Part shown: in pieces, positions 55,970 to 64,000 of the stretch
Position numbering within the stretch: position 1 is the stretch's first letter
Layout of the letters: the number at the start of each line of letters is the position of its first letter
DNA from: Eledone cirrhosa
Lineage: Eukaryota
NCBI GenBank assembly: GCA_964016885.1
Contig: OZ024743.1
Location: forward strand, 52,514,001 to 52,578,000
Length of the DNA: 64,000 nt
Direction: 5' to 3'
The notes under the pieces: model-generated
The model's input: only the letters and a program-made list of their open reading frames with translations
Database searches by the model: none
What the model was told of the DNA's origin: nothing
Program-made: the position numbers and the translations under genes

Positions 55970-56723
55970 GACTTGTGGTTACGTGGGATTTATAAATTTG
56001 CAAATATTAATGCATTTGTGAGGAGCCGCATGTTTTTTTAACTTTTTAAAGTACTATATATACTATATATATATATTATACTATATATATGTATATATAT
56101 ATATGTATATATATATATATGTGTGTACAATACTATGATATAGAAATAATAATGGTTTGTTTTGACTAAACATACTGCCCAAGCTTTGTACAGAGATGGC
56201 GTCAATTGTCGCCTTCTGGGGGCTTCTCTGCCCCCTCTCTCTCCCTGACACACAGACGAGTTAAAGTTAAACAACCCCCAGACAAATTTACAGAGCTGTA
56301 GGAGCAGTGATCCTCAGAGTCCCAGGTCACCCCCCCCCCTGCAATCCCAAATTTCCTCAATTTCTCCCCTATTTTAAATTGCCATCTAATTTTTCACCAA
56401 ACTATCATAAGGAAGCTTTTCAAATCTCAATACTCATAATCTCCAGTGGTTCTCAGTGACCCAGGCCACATTCCACTCCTTGCAATCCCAGGTTTCTTCA
56501 AGTTTTCCTCCAATTTACCGAAGCACCATATTTGAATGTGCAGGCTTTTCAAATTTTAGCGGTTCTTGGAGACCCAGGTCATATTTCTCCCTTTACAATT
56601 CTAGATCTCCTCAATTCTTCTCTCATTTTCAATCGTCATGTAAAACCTCAATAACTGTAAAGTCCCAAGGATTAAGCCTGAATAATGACGTCTTTGTGAA
56701 CTGTTAATTCCTGATTATAGTTC

Positions 56724-56902
56724 GGGCGGTGGATTGGCAGTATCGGTAGAGGGTTGGACGCCATGCTTTGCAACAAAGAGTTACGGCCCTTGCCATTCTG
56801 AGTTCAAATCTCGCCGAGGTTAACTTTGCCTTTCATCCTTACGGGGTCGATGAAATAAAGTACCACTAATACACTGGGCTAATTGTGCCAAAAGTAGAAA
56901 CA
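56724..56902 (+). mobile_element. Full-length family A SINE with 10-bp TSD
   Basis: ATTATAGTTC at 56714-56723 and 56903-56912. Confidence 0.92.
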
Positions 56903-57239
56903 ATTATAGTTCTCTATATTGGCATTTCATTTGATATATACGCAATGTACAGCATTCTTTCCCTAACTAACATTCCTCTCCAATTCCGCTCTTGGCTAAA
57001 ATTCCTCTCCCGAGAGTGAAGTGACCCCCGTTTCAAATTTCCTGCGTTAGACTGTAACACTTGTAGCCTTGCACTATTTGTTTCAGCTCACCGAACTCTG
57101 AGTTCAAATCTCAATGAAGTCAACGTTCTCTTTATCCTTTACTCTTTTACCTGTTCCAGCCATCGTTATAGAATGTCGGGCATTGCATTGCAGTGTTTAT
57201 TGTGACCCTTCGTCTTCTGAGTTCAAATCTGTGTATCGG

Positions 57240-57943
57240 TGGCCTCCCCACAGCCCCGGTGGATAGAATAGAGAAGGCGTTTCCCCGGAGGACGGCAAGG
57301 GAGACGCGCTGGAAAAGCCACTCCAGCTCGCGAGGCTCACACCTGCGGCTGGCCAGCTTAGCGTCTATTGTGGTGAGTAGGGAGGTAGCCCTAGGGCCGA
57401 GGACACGAGAAGTCTCCACTGCTACAGGTAGCCAACTCAGCGTCTATGGTGGTGAGTAGGGAGGTAGCCCTAGGGCCGAGGACACGAGAAGTCTCCACTG
57501 CTACAGGTAGCCAGCTCAGCGCCTATGGTGGTGAGTAGGGAGGTAGCCCTAGGGCCGAGGACACGAGAAGTCTCCACTGCTACAGGTAGCCAACTCAGCG
57601 TCTATTGTGGTGAGTAGGGAGGTAGCCCTAGGGCCGAGGACACGAGAAGTCTCCACTGCTACAGGTAGCCAACTCAGCGTCTATGGTGGTGAGTAGGGAG
57701 GTAGCCCTAGGGCCGAGGACACGAGAAGTCTCCACTGCTACAGGTAGCCAGCTCAGCGCCTATGGTGGTGAGTAGGGAGGTATCCCTAGGGCCGAGGACA
57801 CGAGAAGTCTCCACTGCTACAGGTAGCCAGCTCAGCGCCTATGGTGGTGAGTAGGGAGGTATCCCTAGGGCCGAGGACACGAGAAGTCTCCACTGCTACA
57901 GGTAGCCAGCCAGCTCAGCGCCTATGGTGGTGAGTAGGGAGGT
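57240..57943 (-). mobile_element. CRE-type LINE 3' end whose 5' edge is amplified as a 79-bp tandem repeat (~7.3 copies)
   Basis: VETSRVLGPRATSLLTTIDAKLASRRCEPRELEWLFQRVSLAVLRGNAFSIL. The unit repeats from 57361 every 79 bp. Confidence 0.88.
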
Positions 57944-59332
57944 GATCTTATCAGTCAGATGATCTTATTTAGGTAGTAGACTTAATCTATATCCAGTTTA
58001 AAACAACCACTTGGTCTTTGAGTGTATTTAGGTTCATAACTGAATACGTTAACTCTAACCTGTTGTGGTACACTAACTCCTCCTCCTATTACTACTACCA
58101 CTACCACTACTACTACTGCTGCTGCTAACACTACTACTACCACCACCACTACCACCTCCACTACCACTACCACTACCACCTCCACCACCACTACTACCAC
58201 CACTACCACCACCACTACCACTATCACCACCAAGCTACCATTAGACACCACCACCGCTACTACCACCACCGCCACTACCTCCCCACCACCATCTCCACTA
58301 CTACCGCCACCACCACCACTACCACCACCACCACAACAGTGACAAGGGTTTTTACAAAGTACAAGGTAATGAAGCGACTGAATTAAAATAACTCAAAAAA
58401 GGAAGAAAAGAAAGAAAGAAGATAGGGAGGGGATGAGGGAAGAAGAGGGGAAGGGGAGGGGATGAAGGAAGAAGAGGGGAAGGGGAGGGGATGAGGGAAG
58501 AAGAGGGGAAGGGGAGGAGGGGGAGAGGAAGAAAGAAACAATACGATAAATACGATTATTTCGGTTATTAAATGCGTTCTTTTGCTTACATACATATATA
58601 CACACACACATATATACACACATATACACACGTATGTATGTACGTATACATGTGCGTATGTATGTATATATATACGTATGTATGTATATATATATATATA
58701 TATGTGTGTGGATATATATATATATATATATAATGTATATATATATATATATGTATGTATATATATATCATCATCATCGTTTAACGTCTATCTTCCACAC
58801 ATACACATATATATATACCATTTTATCTGTTCACCATTGTAGTACAAATCCACACAGTAACATTGCATGCTTGAGTAGTTTGAGATATTTTAGTTCCACG
58901 TCATTGAATCATACTGTATTGATCTTAATCGAACTAAATAGATTATATACATAGGTTTCTTCATCCCACCCTCCACATACCAGGATTGGCTGAAAACTAC
59001 ATAGGCTGACTATGAAGAATTGATGTTAGAGCTGTGAAATCGTGCATGCATTAATTTCAACTCTTCTTATTAATAACTGCATAGTCCCCCCCCCCCCCCC
59101 CCCCAGAAATAAACCTCATTTGGTCATTCCATGAGAGTATCTTGGTCAGCCAATAAACTTTTCACCTAACCCTCGTGTTGTCTACACAATACAAATGTTG
59201 GACTTCCGTCGGGTCCGACGAGGAGTGTGCCAGTTGTTGGATCTACGGAACAGCTCACTCTTGAAATCAATTTACAAGTGCCCGAGCATATGTAGCCTTA
59301 GTACAGCTATCAGGGGAATGCAAGGTAACAAT

Positions 59333-59540
59333 GTGACAATGTTGTCCCTTTCAAATACAGGTACACCTCATGTCTTGTCACCTGTCTCAGCTGGAGCAAC
59401 GTGACAGTGTTGTCTCTTTCAAATACAGGTACACCTCATGTCTTGTCACCTGTCTCAGCTGGAGCAACGTGACAATGTTGTCCCTTTCAAATACAGGTAC
59501 ACCTCATGTCTTGTCACCTGTCTCAGCTGGAGCAACGTGA
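59333..59540. repeat. 68-bp tandem repeat, 3 copies
   Basis: GTGACAATGTTGTCCCTTTCAAATACAGGTACACCTCATGTCTTGTCACCTGTCTCAGCTGGAGCAAC x3. Confidence 0.92.
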
Positions 59541-59896
59541 AATAAACTGTTTTATTCAAGGACGCAACGTATCAAGACAGAGACACACATAAGCTCACAT
59601 ACACAAATATACATATGGTGTGTGTGGTGATGGTAATGTGTGTATGTGTGTGGTGATGGTGTGTAAAACAATGGTGGTGGTGGTGGTGTGTAAAACAATG
59701 GTGGTTGTGGTGGTGGTGTGTAGAACAATGGTGGTGGTGGTGTGTAAAACAATGGTGGTTGTGGTGGTGCACTCATTAACACTTTATTTCGTTGATGTGT
59801 TAGTAATTCAAACAATCCAAGGATGTGTTGGTTATTTTAGAGATTCTAGTTTAGTCATTAAACATAACATTACTGCTGCACACCGTTTACTTTTAC

Positions 59897-59942
<46 letters not shown>

Positions 59943-60654
59943 CTTAAAAATGGAATGAGAGTAAAAAGAAAGCAAGAACAGGGGGTGGGGGACGTTTTCC
60001 TCGTCAGTTGTCTCCTGGGGGTCTCGGATATTTCAACGCTTTAAAGATATATAACTATATAAAGATATATAGATATATATGGTAAAGACCGCCATCGGTC
60101 ATGAATGACCGTGGGATTTGCACACAAAGATCCCCGCCGAGACACAAGGTTGTCCAAGGGAAAGGCAATGGCCGATACAACATGGCATCAACTTGCCGTA
60201 ACTCATTTCTACAGTAAACCGGAACAACGTGAAGTCTCATGCTCAATCACACAAACTCACAACCTCGCGATTACAAGCTCTAATCACTGAGCCATTAACA
60301 AATCGGGTAGAATACCTTGTGGTATTCTTTTCGGCTTTCGGCGCTCTCTGAGTTCAAATCCCGCCGAAGTCAATAAAAACGAACAAGTTCGGTACTGGGG
60401 TCGATACTTCCTCTATATCGCTCTCTCACTCCTCTGGAAGAAATCGGTTGCGTCCAAACCTTGAAAGGGTTGAGCTCCGCCAGGTCCAAAGTATGCCACC
60501 ATGTCTCCCACACGACTTCATTAAGAGTTATTTTGCTCTTTCCATATATATATATAAGATGGTTGACAAATAACTATATTTCAGAAGGAATATGTTTATT
60601 TACAATTGTTTATAATTTTGCCTATTAATCCGTATGGTGAGCAAATGGGGTCCC

Positions 60655-60770
60655 ACGTGCTGGCCTCCCCACAGCCCCGGCAGACAGGATGGAGAAGGCG
60701 TTACCCTGGAGGGTGGTAAGGGAGATGCGCTGGAAGAGCCAATCCAACTCGCGAGGCTCACTCTCTCTCG
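60655..60770 (-). mobile_element. Short CRE-type LINE 3' end
   Basis: Nucleotide homology to 57240-57340 (TGGCCTCCCCACAGCCCCGG..GAGAAGGCGTT..GCGCTGGAA..CTCGCGAGGCTCAC). Confidence 0.75.
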
Positions 60771-62187
60771 TGTGTCTTCCCATTTCTTCTCCATCTCAAA
60801 CATCATCTCTACCCTCTCTATCTATGTTTCGGCGAAGGACTAGCATCCAAAACGTCAAGACTCTTTCCCAACTTTTAATAAACGTTATACTAACATATCA
60901 TATTGTTTCATCTTGTGCTTGGTACTGTTTTTACGTTGGGAATGGTTACACACCGGTTGTGTTTCATTTCAGTTTTATTAACCAGGTAATTAATTAATAG
61001 ATGAAACGCCTTTCACTACTGCCTGTGACAACGATACCTGTTGCCCTCTGTCTTTCCTCTTCGCTACACTTATTCCATTTGTCTTTTTGTTAATCTTCAT
61101 TATATATCGGGAATATACCGTGTGTAAATTTTCACAGTAGGCAATTATTAAAGAGTGTAAATTGTCAACAGACTTGGTCGCCATAAATCAGTTATGCAAC
61201 TGGTTTCTTACGTTTACTAAAAGTATTTATTGTATAAACATACAGATTTATTTAAAACCCGGATTTTACCAGATACAACTGCAAATAACCAACAAGTGCG
61301 CGAGTGTATGTGTGTACACATACACACATACACATTGTCATGCAACTACACACCACTCCTTGCTGCATCACCCGGTTTGAAATGTTCTAATTCATCATCA
61401 GCGTTGTAGTCATCATCACAGTCGTTTTTACAAACCTTTTCCTGTGTTAGTTGAGTACTCTCCTGTACAGCATCAAGCCACTTCTCTCTCTCTCCTTTGT
61501 GAGGTTCAGTCTCATGTAGTCAGCTTCCACCACTTCTACCAATCTTTTGAACAGTCATGTAAATAAATGGGTTTTAAGATATTAGGTGACTAAGGTGCGT
61601 AAAGTTGAGTTTGGTAAATAGGGTGGTTAGAACTTAAGCCTCACAGTATCACTCCTCCCATGAGAAACTTAAGCTCCACAACACTCTCCACACACGAACA
61701 ACTAAAACTAAAAGAATGGACCCCCCCCCCCCCCCCCCCCCCCCCAACAAAAAAACTCGTCACTTTTGTTGAAGCTGATTCTGTTCAAAGGTTGGCTTAC
61801 CATTTTTAACCATGTTTCACTTTCCTCCATAAAACTGCTTCGTAAAATTCTTAAGTGATTTGTCATTCATATTTGAATGTCAGCAAAAATTAGTTCAAAG
61901 TTTGTTGGAATGACAACAAAAATCTACAATGAAGGGCACGAATTATCTTGCCTTGGCGCTGTATTTAATGTATTTTAGAACTGAAGTACACAGCCATACT
62001 TGGGCATACATTTCAAATTACTGTCGCCCCACCAATACCCACGTATAGTGAACTATTAATTAATTAACCCATGTTCTGCACATGCGCTATTATGCAAATT
62101 AGACAAATCAGTTTAGCTCTGTCTGAGTTTAAATAACTTATGATAACAACTATAAACATGATATTATTTACAGTAACAATAATAATA

Positions 62188-62310
62188 ATTGTTTCTACTT
62201 TTGGCACAAGGCTAGCAATTACCCAGTACATTACTGGTACTTTATTTTATCGACCCCGTAAGGATGAAAGGCAAAGTTAACCTCAGCGGGATTTGAACAT
62301 AAAGGGACGT
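62188..62310 (-). mobile_element. 5'-truncated family A SINE
   Basis: Core and tail of the consensus, head missing. Confidence 0.88.
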
Positions 62311-62339
62311 AATAATAATGGGGGAGGGTGATTGGGTTA

Positions 62340-63350
62340 GGACAAGAAGTGCTGCGCCCCGCGGACAAGACGGCAACAGCATTCCCGCAGACGATGGCAA
62401 ATGACACCCGCTGCAACAGCCACCCTACTTCGCGGGGCTCCTTCCTCAGACTGGCGCCAACGTTCCGATCTTGCGGAGGAGCTCGGCTGTACGGGGTCCA
62501 AGTACGCCTGAGGTCTCTACGGCGACCGGTGCTAAGAGGAAGCGGCCGGACAAACCCCGGCATTTGTTTATTTTTACGTTCTTCTGCGAGGCGGGCTGCG
62601 ATGCCGGGTTTTTGACCGAAGGAACTAAGTTGGAGGCGGAGAACGTGTCGCAGTAGGTGACGTCCCAGATGAGGGATCTACCTCCTTCGAATGGTAGGAG
62701 GGTGATTCCGTTGGGGCGCTTGCCATCTCCGCGGTCTAGGCCTGCTGGCTCCAGTTGAAATGGAAAGCCAGCTGCGTCCAGGCTTCTTCTCAGTATGTCG
62801 TTGAGAGCGGCGTGTCGAGGGAACCGACCTGCGCTCTGGCAGCAAGATAGAGGGTGCAGGCCGAACTTGTCAACAACCGCCCGGCAGCAGCATTTATGTG
62901 GTTCACACACGCGGAGGCCAAGGCGTTGGGCTACTCCGATGCGAGTGCACTCATCATCAAGAAGGGTACCGGTTGATGAGGAGGGCACTGAATTGAGCCA
63001 CGCGCCGCTGTTGGACCAAGCCAGACTCGATCCCCCTGACAGAAGATCTGCAATTGATGTCGTCCCAGTTACGTTGGACCATAGTATACTGGGGGATAGA
63101 GAGATTCGCCTGTCCAGTAGGCCATAGCCTGTTCCATCTCTGGGGCCAGGTCAGGTTCGGCCGTCTGGCTGAGAGCCTCGCTGACACGAGCGCGACAGGT
63201 GTTAGAGGAGAGGTAGGCAGGTAAAGCTAGATCGAAAGCCGAGCCACGGAACCTCGCTGAGAGTGTCGCCCGTTGGCAGCCTGGGCTGTCGAAACTGACA
63301 TTGCAGATCCGCACAGCACAGGACACGAAACTAGTCAGATTGTTCCCGCT
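62340..63350 (-). mobile_element. CRE-clade non-LTR retrotransposon 3' portion (CCHC knuckle + restriction-like endonuclease), frameshifted
   Basis: CCC..VDKFGLHPLSC..GRFPRHAALND..EP..DGKRPNG..LIWDVT..DT, then PVAVETSGVLGP and WLLQRVSFAIVCGNAVAVL. Upstream ATLSARF..LALPAYLSS. Confidence 0.85.
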
Positions 63351-63514
63351 GTTTCTGTCTGTCAACAGAGACAGATACATGCATGTGTATATATTCAACA
63401 CACATTTATGTATATATATATATATATATATATATACAAACGTGTGTATTCACATAAGTATATAAAAATGTGTGCTACATATTGAGTCTGTCCGTTCGTC
63501 TTTCTCCCGCTTCT

Positions 63515-63551
<37 letters not shown>

Positions 63552-64000
63552 CAGAGAGAAAGAGAGGGAAAGAATTACTTGTTTTTCAGAGGTTGTATGT
63601 GTGTGTGTATGTATGTGTGTGTGTATGTATTTGTGTGTATGTGTATGTATGTGTGTGTGTGTATGTATGTGTGTGTGTACTTACACGTCACGGTGAGCAA
63701 CGCCTTGAGAAATGAAAACGTCTGGCCGACACAGTTTTGCAGTGTGTAGGGGTGGGGCTCTTCAGTGAGCCTCCTCCACCACCACCACCACTCTTACAAC
63801 TTGCCCCTCCATGTTCATTAACACCACCACCGTCAACAATAATAGCACCTCCGCCAAATCTCATACTTGCCCTCTCCATCCTCATTAACACCACCACCAC
63901 CATCCTCTCACCACCATTTTTAAATCTTACAGTTGCCGCCTCCATCCTCGTTAACACCACCACCGCCTCTATCACCACTACCACCACCACCACCACCACC

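Overview
This is eukaryotic, repeat-dominated DNA, most likely an octopod cephalopod genome. That assignment is inferred from the very long (TA)n/(TACA)n tracts, the Octopus-like tRNA-derived SINE families and the RTE/CR1/Tx1/CRE LINE fragments. The only host-gene piece I can support is a 201-nt phase 1-1 minus-strand exon (2263-2463) encoding a spondin-type TSP1 domain most similar to SBSPON/RPE-spondin. The rest is probably a >60-kb intron or intergenic DNA filled with transposon debris: RTE, CR1, Tx1 and CRE-type LINEs, two tandem Helitrons, a Merlin (IS1595-type) transposon split by a SINE, piggyBac and mariner MITEs, many minisatellites, a ~4.3-kb 46-bp satellite and a 200-N gap. The most notable unannotated signal is a set of type I hammerhead-ribozyme (HHR) motifs with the palindromic stem III typical of Penelope-like elements (PLEs). 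Four short non-coding fold-back elements (6389-6622, 9962-10073, 24177-24491, 31163-31322) carry divergent HHR arms. Three HHRs (7963, ~6530, ~31245) share an unusual ~60-nt stem II insertion. A degenerate HDV-like ribozyme sits at the 5' end of an RTE-type UTR. All RNA structures were folded by eye and need computational and biochemical confirmation. Almost all long ORFs in the track are microsatellite artefacts.
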